This document shows positions 38,713 through 47,533 of a DNA stretch of 64,000 nt, piece after piece. The stretch's first letter is position 1. The number at the start of each line of letters is the position of its first letter. The translations under genes and the position numbers were made by a program. The notes beneath the pieces are model-generated. The model was given only the letters and a program-made list of their open reading frames with translations. It made no database searches and was not told where the DNA came from. This DNA comes from an archaeon (lineage in GTDB: Archaea; Nanobdellota; Nanobdellia; Woesearchaeales; UBA9642), in contig JAGVGF010000004.1 of assembly GCA_020057295.1 (NCBI GenBank), positions 1-64,000 of the forward strand. Reading direction: 5' to 3'.

Positions 38713-39393
38713 TTAATATTCTCCTAAATTTTTCTGCTGTTTTGCTCTTGCTAGTTTTTTGTATGTTTCCCAAGACTTTCTGAATATGTGTTGAAGTTTT
38801 GGATTATTCCAATGTTCCTGCAAGAATTTTTTTGTGTTAGGATCTGAAGGATATCCCGAACCAAAATCAATATGTAATTTTTTCTTTAATTTTTCTAATT
38901 CTTTTTCTCTTGTGACCTTTGCAATAATCGATGCTGCTCCAACTATTAAGTAATTTAAATCTGCTTTATGTTCAACTTGTAGTTTAGTTTCATTATTATC
39001 GACTTTTTCTTGAAAATATTTAGAATATGCTTGAATATTGGTCGATGGACAATCAATTACACATTTTTTTATATCATTATTTAATTTCACATCGAGTTTG
39101 TTTAATATTGCGGCACCATGATCTGCTTCAAGCCAATTTAAGTTAGTATTTTCAGAATTTAGTGCGTTATCAACATCTTCAGGACTAAGAATTACTAATT
39201 CATATTTTACAATTTTCTCTAGATGTTTTAGTATATCTTCACGTTGTTTTTCAGTTAATAATTTAGAATCTTTAACACCTAAAGCTTTAAGTTCAGATTC
39301 CTTGCCTTCTTCTATTGCAGCTACTGCTATAACTAATGGTCCTATTATCGGCCCTCTTCCAGCTTCATCAATACCAGCTATAAAATTTACCAT
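38713..39393 (-). CDS. rnhB: Ribonuclease HII
   Basis: GIDEAGRGP, DSK, HKAD, AASIIAK, GSGYPSDP. Confidence 0.97.
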   Translation of the reverse strand: MVNFIAGIDEAGRGPIIGPLVIAVAAIEEGKESELKALGVKDSKLLTEKQREDILKHLEKIVKYELVILSPEDVDNALNSENTNLNWLEADHGAAILNKLDVKLNNDIKKCVIDCPSTNIQAYSKYFQEKVDNNETKLQVEHKADLNYLIVGAASIIAKVTREKELEKLKKKLHIDFGSGYPSDPNTKKFLQEHWNNPKLQHIFRKSWETYKKLARAKQQKNLGEY

Positions 39394-39476
39394 AGAGTTA
39401 ATCGTTACATATAAGATTTATAAATATTTGTAAAAGAGATAAAAACTATAGGGAAAATAACAAAAAATGATTAAAA

Positions 39477-40436
39477 TTATTCTTTATCGAATTCTTCGAA
39501 TAGTTTACGCATTTCATCAACATTTTTTACAGTACTGATTTTGTTTCTCAATTTTACTGCGCCGTTTATTCCTCGACTAAACTGCATAGCCTGAATTTTA
39601 ATATCTGCTGGAGAGATATTATATATCTTAGCATACTCGAGATATTTATAGAATTGCCCGATTTGTATTTGTTTTTTGATAATATCATATTTTCCTGTTT
39701 CTAAATACTGTTTTATTTGATTAAATATTACCGGGTTGCCCATTGCACTTCTTCCAATCATCACATAATCACACCCTGTTTCAGCAATTATTTTTTTAAC
39801 ATCTTCAGGAGTTTTTACATCTCCGTTGCCAACAACAGGAATACCTACACTTTCTTTCAATTCTTTGATTAAATTCCAATTACTATGTCCGCTATATCCT
39901 TGCTTTAACGTTCTAGCATGTAATGTAATCATTTGTACACCGCATTCTTCGGCAATTTTTGCGATTGGCTTGTATAAGTAGCAGTTAGTATCATTTATAC
40001 CTGCTCTGACTTTTAATGTTACAGGTTTGTTAACACTTTTAACTAGTTTGGTAAATAAATCTCTTACATGCTCAGGCTTATCTAGCAATGCTGCACCAGC
40101 CATTTGTTGAGTGATATGTGGAGCCGGGCATCCCATATTAAAATCAATAATATCAAAATATGGTTCAACAACTTTTGCAGCTTTACAAACTACTTCAACA
40201 TCATGACCGAATAATTGTACAGAACGTGGACGCTCTTTTTTTGATAATTCTTCAAATTCTTTAATCAACTGTTTAGAACGATCTTTGTGTGTTAATGCAT
40301 GAACACTAGTCAATTCAGTAACAGTTAATCCTGCACCATTTTCTATACATAATAATCTAAACGCAGAATCACTTATACCCGCCATTGGTGCAAGAAAACA
40401 TTTAGATGGGAATTTAGGCAAACTCGTTGAATCCAT
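39477..40436 (-). CDS. dus: tRNA-dihydrouridine synthase (DusB-like)
   Basis: LAPMAG, QLFG, DFNMGCP, GAALL, HART, GNGD, MIGR. Confidence 0.93.
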   Translation of the reverse strand: MDSTSLPKFPSKCFLAPMAGISDSAFRLLCIENGAGLTVTELTSVHALTHKDRSKQLIKEFEELSKKERPRSVQLFGHDVEVVCKAAKVVEPYFDIIDFNMGCPAPHITQQMAGAALLDKPEHVRDLFTKLVKSVNKPVTLKVRAGINDTNCYLYKPIAKIAEECGVQMITLHARTLKQGYSGHSNWNLIKELKESVGIPVVGNGDVKTPEDVKKIIAETGCDYVMIGRSAMGNPVIFNQIKQYLETGKYDIIKKQIQIGQFYKYLEYAKIYNISPADIKIQAMQFSRGINGAVKLRNKISTVKNVDEMRKLFEEFDKE

Positions 40437-40441
40437 ATTTA

Positions 40442-42022
40442 TCAGCGCCTCTTCATATACATTACACGAATTTTATTAAACGAGTTTTTTGAATTAATAA
40501 TATTTAGTTCTGGCCATACTTTAGTATCATATGCATAGAATGTTTTTTCATCAACAACGTAATATTTAGAATTTATACTACTCATTATGTTACTTAAATC
40601 GTTTATGCTTTCACTACGAGATATTATAATAATAATTTCCGAATCATTAAGATATCCTATGTCATTGATATTTTTTACTGCAATAACATTTTTTGAACGT
40701 AAGCAATCATACATCATATTATCAGATTCTGAAGAATCGATTAGACATTGCATATTATGATAGTATGCTAATGAAAATGCGTCGTAATTGATCATTACAC
40801 CAATTTGCATTCTATGATTATTGACTTCATAAGCAGCAATATACTTGTTTACGTCACTCCAAGGATCTTTAGTCACAGTGTTTTGTTGAATATATATACA
40901 TGATATTGATACTAAAACTATTAATGCTAACAAAATATTTCTAGAAACCTTTTTAGATTTAGATAATGATATTCCATAAATAATTATTAATGGTAAAAAA
41001 GACATAATAATGTATCTTGTCATATATATTGATGTAAATATTATGGAAAATATGTACGTTACAATTATCGGTGTTAAACACCATATTATTAGAAATTTAC
41101 TATCTAAGTTATCTTTTCTAGATATGATATATTTAAAAATTAAGTATGCATATATTGCAAGTAAAATTATCCAAAATATAGGGAATATTTTTCCAAATGA
41201 TGCTTCAGAGATAAAATTAACGAGTGAATAAATTGTTGGTCTGGCAATATGTGAAAATGATACATTATGTGTGAACAATATTTTTGGAAGCATGATAATC
41301 CAAGGAATATATAATATAAGTATTGCTGCTTGTATCATAATCCAGTTAGCAATCTTTTTATAATCAAAATTTTTGAAGCTAAACTTTCTTATGATATAAT
41401 GTATCGAATGTGCAAGCAGTATTAAGAATCCAAACAGATGCGTATATATCATTAATGCGCTACATATTACATATAATATCACATCTTTATTAAATAGTTC
41501 TTTTCCACTAACATATTTTCTGATGTCTTTAACATTTTTATTATTGTGCTTGTCAAACTTCTGTAATATAGAAACATAGAAATAACTTGATAACAGGCTC
41601 ATCATAAACAACAATATATACGCTCTAGCTTCTTGAGCATACCATATGTGTATTGGAGACACAGCAAGTATTAATGCAGCATATACTCCTGCATTTTTGT
41701 TAAATTTATTTCCTAAAAGATATATAACATATATTGATGCTGTACTAATTGCTACTCCGAGTAATCTTACGCCTATAGCGGATATGCCAAATATCTTAAT
41801 CCAAAACCATAATAACACATTATAGAATGGTGGTGTTGGGTCATTGAATGTTATAACGTTATAGAAACTATGTATAGAAGCTTGCATTGATATAACTTCA
41901 TCAAACCACACGCTCTGATATCCTATATTGTATAATCTCAAGAATAATCCTAAAACTACTATAAGAATTATGATTAGGGCTGAGTTTTTTGTAATATTCT
42001 GAATGTGTCTTGATAATCTCAT
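40442..42022 (-). CDS. GT-C fold membrane glycosyltransferase (PMT_2/GT39-like)
   Basis: SVWFDE, PTPPFY, YAQEARAY, many TM segments. Confidence 0.85.
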   Translation of the reverse strand: MRLSRHIQNITKNSALIIILIVVLGLFLRLYNIGYQSVWFDEVISMQASIHSFYNVITFNDPTPPFYNVLLWFWIKIFGISAIGVRLLGVAISTASIYVIYLLGNKFNKNAGVYAALILAVSPIHIWYAQEARAYILLFMMSLLSSYFYVSILQKFDKHNNKNVKDIRKYVSGKELFNKDVILYVICSALMIYTHLFGFLILLAHSIHYIIRKFSFKNFDYKKIANWIMIQAAILILYIPWIIMLPKILFTHNVSFSHIARPTIYSLVNFISEASFGKIFPIFWIILLAIYAYLIFKYIISRKDNLDSKFLIIWCLTPIIVTYIFSIIFTSIYMTRYIIMSFLPLIIIYGISLSKSKKVSRNILLALIVLVSISCIYIQQNTVTKDPWSDVNKYIAAYEVNNHRMQIGVMINYDAFSLAYYHNMQCLIDSSESDNMMYDCLRSKNVIAVKNINDIGYLNDSEIIIIISRSESINDLSNIMSSINSKYYVVDEKTFYAYDTKVWPELNIINSKNSFNKIRVMYMKRR

Positions 42023-42089
42023 ATATTTAGATATGATTGATACAATAAAAAGTTAACCAATTATATCTAGTTGTATTCAATGGCTTTAT

Positions 42090-43163
42090 TCAAGTCTTGA
42101 ATACATATTTTCTATTAATAAAATATCCTAGCATATAAAAGAATGCTATTACTCCAATTATAACTAAAAGATAATAATCTACACCTATAATCTCTGTAAG
42201 TCTTTTAACAACGTATGCTTGCAAAAAACTCATCAATATAGCATATCCAAAAAATAGTAACAGTTTTCTTAACATAAAATCTTTATTGTTAAATGTATAT
42301 ATGGTATGCATTGCGAATTGTGTTAATAATCCGACTGATAGTCCTATGATATATGCATAAAAATATTGCGGTCTTCCAAAGACTAATTCTGTAAGTGTAA
42401 ATGTTAATAACAAATTAACCAAAACTCCTATTATTGAAGATATGGAAAATTTAATGAAAGTCTTTACTCTCCAAAATCCTATGATTATAAGTAGTTTTGA
42501 ATGATTGATTATCTCCCGGAAATTATTTATTTTTGACACTCCTTTTTTTCTTATCCCTAGTGTTACAGGCACTTCTAGTATGTTTTTATTATTCTTAATC
42601 AGATTGAATAATATTTCGGCGTTAACATTAAAATCTTTAGATTCAATATGCATATTTTTAACAACACTTGTTTTATATAATCTAAACATAGGACTTACTG
42701 AAGTAATTTTTTTTCCAAGTACTAAATTATATAATGTATTAACTCCTTTACTTAATATCTTTCTGTATAAAGGAATATTCTTAGATAATTGTCCAAGCTG
42801 ATACGATCCTATGACGCAATCTGCACGAGTTTCTATGTATTTATTTACTAAATCCTTAATATACTTTGGATGAAATGTCATGTCAGCATCTAATGTGATT
42901 ATAACATCACCCGTACAAGATTTTATGCCTGTTTTTATTGCTGATCCTAATCCTAGATTCTTTTTATGTCTGACGATTTTAATCTTAGAATCTGTCTTAG
43001 AATTTTTTAATTTTAATAATTCGTTATATGTATTATCAATAGATCCATCATCAACAAATAATACTTCATAATCATAATCTTTGATATAAGGAAATAATTC
43101 TTTACGAAAATCCTTAACATTTCCCTCTTCATTAAAACAAGGGATAACTATTGATATCTTCAT
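42090..43163 (-). CDS. GT2 polyprenol-phosphate glycosyltransferase fused to a GtrA-like domain
   Basis: IPCFNE, VDDGS, DAD, GVSK and a C-terminal four-TM GtrA-like region. Confidence 0.88.
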   Translation of the reverse strand: MKISIVIPCFNEEGNVKDFRKELFPYIKDYDYEVLFVDDGSIDNTYNELLKLKNSKTDSKIKIVRHKKNLGLGSAIKTGIKSCTGDVIITLDADMTFHPKYIKDLVNKYIETRADCVIGSYQLGQLSKNIPLYRKILSKGVNTLYNLVLGKKITSVSPMFRLYKTSVVKNMHIESKDFNVNAEILFNLIKNNKNILEVPVTLGIRKKGVSKINNFREIINHSKLLIIIGFWRVKTFIKFSISSIIGVLVNLLLTFTLTELVFGRPQYFYAYIIGLSVGLLTQFAMHTIYTFNNKDFMLRKLLLFFGYAILMSFLQAYVVKRLTEIIGVDYYLLVIIGVIAFFYMLGYFINRKYVFKT

Positions 43164-43268
43164 AATGATGTAACTCGATTATACATTATAAATGTTGTTA
43201 GCATATACTTTTTTAGCTAACTAATTGTAAAGTATTACAAAATACATATAATATATAAATAAGTTCAA

Positions 43269-43568
43269 ATGTGTCCTATTATGAGAGTACAATACAAACA
43301 AAAATGCATTAAGTGCAAGAAAAATTATGTTCTAGCAACATCAAGATCATCATACGTCGTATGTTACGATTGTCAGAAGAGTTCATTAATCGGAGAAATA
43401 ACCGATCCCTTTTATAAAAAATTATTTGATATACCCGAAGAATATTATAAAGAAAACTCTTTCTTAAGAAATATTAAAGTCAACTATCTAAAATATCATA
43501 ATTTAACCGATGCACAGATAGTAGCATTCGAAAAAGTAGTACAACAGATAAAAGAAAATAAAGAATAA
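43269..43568 (+). CDS. Small Zn-finger hypothetical protein
   Basis: CIKC...CYDC. Confidence 0.7.
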   Translation: MCPIMRVQYKQKCIKCKKNYVLATSRSSYVVCYDCQKSSLIGEITDPFYKKLFDIPEEYYKENSFLRNIKVNYLKYHNLTDAQIVAFEKVVQQIKENKE

Positions 43569-43648
43569 TCCTTCTATTCTAAGATTTTTTTTATTTAATT
43601 ATTATAATTTTTAAATAACTTTTTAAATAAATTAATATTCACTTCGTA

Positions 43649-44143
43649 ATGGAAACTAAAAACATTTTCTCAATAAACACGAATTGGAACTATAAGAATA
43701 TAGTTTTTTTTACATTTATTATATTATTGCCTAATTTGCTTAGCGTTTTTAATATACCCACATCTTATGGTTTTAATATTCATTTTTTTCAACTAGCAAT
43801 AATACTTGCAGCAATTCTTTATGGACCGACAGGCGGTATGATTTCAGGTTTAGTAGGTTCAATATATTCTGCTGTTATGATGAATAATCCTTATTTAATA
43901 GTTGGTAATATTATTTTAGGATTATGTGTAGGATTATTTGTTCGATACAAATGGAATACTATTGCGGCTGTACTAACGGCATTTGCTATAGAATTACCTT
44001 GGCTTATTGGAACAGATTATTATTTGATGCATATGCCTATAATGATTATCATGACATTAATCGGCGCATTGTTCTTGTCAAATCTAATATGGGCGGTTGT
44101 TGCGCATTATAGCTCAAAACCTTTGAAAAATCTATTGAAATAA
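43649..44143 (+). CDS. ECF transporter S-component-like membrane protein
   Basis: LAAILYGPTGGMISG, about 5-6 TM segments. Confidence 0.7.
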   Translation: METKNIFSINTNWNYKNIVFFTFIILLPNLLSVFNIPTSYGFNIHFFQLAIILAAILYGPTGGMISGLVGSIYSAVMMNNPYLIVGNIILGLCVGLFVRYKWNTIAAVLTAFAIELPWLIGTDYYLMHMPIMIIMTLIGALFLSNLIWAVVAHYSSKPLKNLLK

Positions 44144-44158
44144 TTTTTTGATTTTAAT

Positions 44159-44596
44159 ATGTCAGACTCTATAAATTCAAATGTCGCTATTTCTGGTATA
44201 TTAGAAGATTATTCTCTGAAGCTAATTAGTAATAACAATATCATTTATATTTCTAAAAATCCTGGTATTAAACCTTTATTTTTCTGCGTTACAGAACAAA
44301 AATCAAACTTTAAATCTAAAGAATGTGTTCTTTATGATAAAGTAATAGGGCTCGCTGCAGCAAGATTAATCGTTTACTCGAACATAATCAAATCAGTACA
44401 TACACCTACTGCTTCAGTTAAAGCAATAGAATTATTGAAACAGAACGGAATTGAAATTATTGCAACAACAGTTGTTGATATTATTCTAAACAAAGACAAA
44501 TCTGCTCAGTGTCCAATGGAAGAGCGTGCATTAAAATCTCTAAACAATGAAGAATTTTATAATCAATTAAAACACTTGTTTACGTCTTTACGTTAA
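44159..44596 (+). CDS. DUF1893 (TM1506-like) protein
   Basis: GIKPL, DKVIGLAAA, ILNKDKSAQCPME. Confidence 0.82.
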   Translation: MSDSINSNVAISGILEDYSLKLISNNNIIYISKNPGIKPLFFCVTEQKSNFKSKECVLYDKVIGLAAARLIVYSNIIKSVHTPTASVKAIELLKQNGIEIIATTVVDIILNKDKSAQCPMEERALKSLNNEEFYNQLKHLFTSLR

Positions 44597-45189
44597 TTAG
44601 CTTTCACAAATATTTCTTTCAACATTTTCAGTACTCTTGATGGTTCTTTAATGAGAAAAGCGTTCATGCCTAACCTTTTTGCATAATCAATATTTGTTTC
44701 AGAATCATCAAAATATAATATCTCTTTATTTTCTATATCTGTAATTTCAGACACTATACTTAATAGCTCTGGTTTAAGCATTCTATGTTCATAAGAACAT
44801 ATTTTATAATCAAATTCTTTTAAAAAATCAAATCTTTCATCAAGTACTCGAATTCTATCCGGAAAATTATTTGTGCAGATGACCTTTTTAATATTATTTT
44901 GATTGAGTATTTTCATGATTTCTTTCTTTTTACCATTGAGTTCATATCCTTCCTGTAAGATTTCCAATAGTTCTTGTCTGTTCTTTTTTAATTTCCATTC
45001 TTTAATAGCATAATTCCAGAATGTTTCTCCATCGATAAAACCTTGTTTATATTGTTTCATCATATCAGATTTAATATATACCTCGATGATTTTTTTTTCA
45101 GAAACACCTAACTTAGAAATATTACTAATAAAATTATCTCTTCCATTCATGAAATATACTCCGTCAAGGTCTAGGATTATAGCTTTCAT
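44593..45189 (-). CDS. HAD-superfamily hydrolase
   Basis: ILDLDGV, TNN, KP, FDDS..N. Confidence 0.88.
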   Translation of the reverse strand: MKAIILDLDGVYFMNGRDNFISNISKLGVSEKKIIEVYIKSDMMKQYKQGFIDGETFWNYAIKEWKLKKNRQELLEILQEGYELNGKKKEIMKILNQNNIKKVICTNNFPDRIRVLDERFDFLKEFDYKICSYEHRMLKPELLSIVSEITDIENKEILYFDDSETNIDYAKRLGMNAFLIKEPSRVLKMLKEIFVKAN

Positions 45190-45205
45190 TTTTTATTATA
45201 GAAAC

Positions 45206-45280
45206 TAGCGGGGGTTGGATTTGAACCAACGACCTCAGGGTTATGAGCCCTGCGAGCACTCCTGTCTGCTCTACCCCGCT
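45206..45280 (-). tRNA. Initiator tRNA-Met(CAT)
   Basis: A1-U72 acceptor AGCGGGG/CCCCGCT, and anticodon stem CAGGG/CCCTG with three consecutive G-C pairs. Confidence 0.95.
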
Positions 45281-45465
45281 ACAGTAGAGCAGAACAAGGA
45301 TTTATTTAAAAAGCTTGTCATATGTTTTTTATTCGCTGAAAGATATTTTTGTGTGAATTGTTATATATTAACATTGTTTATTATTGTGCCTGATATGGTA
45401 ACAGAAAGATTTATAATATATTAATTGTTATCCCTTGAAAATAGAGATTTTATGCGGGTGATTGC

Positions 45466-46935
45466 ATGACAAGTTATAATTGTGGTAATACTAAACTTCA
45501 AGAATTATCTTTACTCGACCTAAAAAAATGTGACACTGTTAATGACATTGTTACAGGAATGGGTAAATGTTCTTTTGGTGCAAGATGTGCTGGAGAAGTT
45601 ACAGATACTTTACATCATATTATTGATCGTGATGCTGAACGTGTTATAGTTTATGATGGCTCGAGAGATTCTACTTTGGGGAAGTATGTTCAGGATTTTT
45701 CTAAAAAATTTGGTTTTAAACTTATGACAGCAACTGGTTATTCTAATGTTACAAAAAAGCGTCCACAAAATCTTTTTGTTATTGGAAGATTTTCAGAAAG
45801 ACACGAAGCTAAAATTCATGAAGGTGGCGAGTTCAATACTATTTTTATAAATAAAGAAGAACTTTCTGCTCCCGGTCAAACACGCGACGGATATTTTCCT
45901 AATGTTTTATTTGTTGACCCAACTTATGGTGTTCCATTAATTTCTACAGCGCTTGACGAACGTTTAAATGGCAAGAAAACATCAGTATCAGAATTTGTAA
46001 CTCAATTAGGAACTTTCGATTATGGACTTGCAAATGAAGTATCTGGTGGAGCAAAAAATTTTAGTCGTATTGCAAACGATCCAAAATATACAATTTTTAT
46101 GACGATGAGTGGCGCTATGACTATTGCACAGATGAGTTATGTACTTTGTGATATGATTGATAATTCTTTAGTAAATTCTTTAACAACAACTGGCGCTGCA
46201 ATGGCGCATGGTCTTGTTGAAAGTATGGGATACAAACATTACAAACACGATCCAAAAATTCCAGATAGCGTTCTTACAAGAAGAAAACTGAATAGAGTAA
46301 CTGATACTCTAGAGCCTGAAGAAAATTTTGATCACATTGATGAAATTGTCCATTCAGTTCTTTCAGGATTTTCCGGATCAAGTTCAATTACTCCAAGTAC
46401 ATTTCATGCACGAATAGGCAAATATTTACATGATAATTTCCCTGGCGAGAGAGGGATTTTGAAATCTGCATTTGAGAAAAATATTCCAGTATTTGTTCCA
46501 GCATTCTTTGATTCAGAAATTGGAAACGATATAACTACATATAATATTATTAAATCATCAAGACATCAAAGAAAATTAAGATTCGATCTTGAGGCAGAAA
46601 ATCATAAACTTGTAGATATGGTACAACGAGCAGAAAGAACAGGATTATTCACAGTTGGTGGCGGCGTTCCAAGAAATTGGACGCAAAATGTTGCACCATT
46701 AATAGAGATTATTAATGGACGAACAAGTAAAGGACTTGCCGAACGTAAATTCTCTTCAGGTATTAGAATTGATCCTGCATCAATGGCACTCGGACATTTA
46801 TCTGGATGTACATATGGAGAAGGAATGACATGGAGAAAAATGGATCCTAAAGGATTATTTATAGAAATTCATGGTGATGCAACAACTATTTGGCCTATTG
46901 TTGTAAAATATGCTCTTGAAAGAAAAGCTGCCTAA
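45466..46935 (+). CDS. Deoxyhypusine/homospermidine-synthase-like protein with an extra N-terminal region
   Basis: MSGAM, TTGA..AH, NRVTD, PVFVPAFFDSEIG, GGGVPRN, LSGCTYGEGMTWRK. Confidence 0.82.
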   Translation: MTSYNCGNTKLQELSLLDLKKCDTVNDIVTGMGKCSFGARCAGEVTDTLHHIIDRDAERVIVYDGSRDSTLGKYVQDFSKKFGFKLMTATGYSNVTKKRPQNLFVIGRFSERHEAKIHEGGEFNTIFINKEELSAPGQTRDGYFPNVLFVDPTYGVPLISTALDERLNGKKTSVSEFVTQLGTFDYGLANEVSGGAKNFSRIANDPKYTIFMTMSGAMTIAQMSYVLCDMIDNSLVNSLTTTGAAMAHGLVESMGYKHYKHDPKIPDSVLTRRKLNRVTDTLEPEENFDHIDEIVHSVLSGFSGSSSITPSTFHARIGKYLHDNFPGERGILKSAFEKNIPVFVPAFFDSEIGNDITTYNIIKSSRHQRKLRFDLEAENHKLVDMVQRAERTGLFTVGGGVPRNWTQNVAPLIEIINGRTSKGLAERKFSSGIRIDPASMALGHLSGCTYGEGMTWRKMDPKGLFIEIHGDATTIWPIVVKYALERKAA

Positions 46936-46981
46936 ATAGTATTTTTTATTACATTAGAATCGATTGTATCTTATTAAATTT

Positions 46982-47275
46982 TTAGAACGATATATATTTG
47001 AATAATTTTCCTTTTAGCTGTTCGTATTTCTCGTTTTTCCTGAGTATTAGATGAATTTTTTCTTTTCCATATACCACAAGCAATTTTTCTCTATCTTTTG
47101 TCTCTAAATTCCATGCACTTTCATAAAATTTCTCTTTATTCATCAACACTTCTTTGTCTTGATCTTCTAGATTTAGAGATTTAAGAAAAGAGATCATTTT
47201 ATCAAAATCTTTGAGAGTTATAGAAACTATTAATTCTTCATCAGTGTTTACTGTGTGCATTTTAATCATATCCAT
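46982..47275 (-). CDS. Small hypothetical protein
   Basis: ORF trimmed to ATG 47275 because the track's longer start lies inside tRNA-Ser. Confidence 0.6.
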   Translation of the reverse strand: MDMIKMHTVNTDEELIVSITLKDFDKMISFLKSLNLEDQDKEVLMNKEKFYESAWNLETKDREKLLVVYGKEKIHLILRKNEKYEQLKGKLFKYISF

Positions 47276-47294
47276 ACTACACATATAATATAAA

Positions 47295-47420
47295 CGCCGC
47301 GGGTGGGATTTGAACCCACAAATCCTTTCGGACACTGAATCAATGCGCGTAATGCGTGGTAATCATAAGCACGCATAGTGCTTAGCAATCCAGCGCAGTA
47401 CCAGGTTGTGCCACCGCGGC
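47295..47420 (-). tRNA. tRNA-Ser(GCT) with a 42-nt intron at 37/38 (47341-47382)
   Basis: Acceptor GCCGCGG/CCGCGGC, G73, anticodon stem CTGGA/TTCAG, long variable arm TCC-GAAA-GGA, T-loop GGTTCAAATCC. Confidence 0.93.
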
Positions 47421-47533
47421 ATGGTCAACCTCAAGTTGAAGAACAGGATGATGTTTTATAAAGTTTATTGCTTCCATATATCTTCTCTATATTTTTTCTA
47501 AAAATATATAAATGGAACACTCTTCGGTTCATC

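Noticed and set aside
45215-45424. 69-aa ORF on the + strand
   Set aside because: It is antisense to the initiator tRNA and its promoter.
47276-47335. N-terminal extension of ORF 46982..47335
   Set aside because: It overlaps the 3' half of tRNA-Ser; ATG 47275 is the more plausible start.
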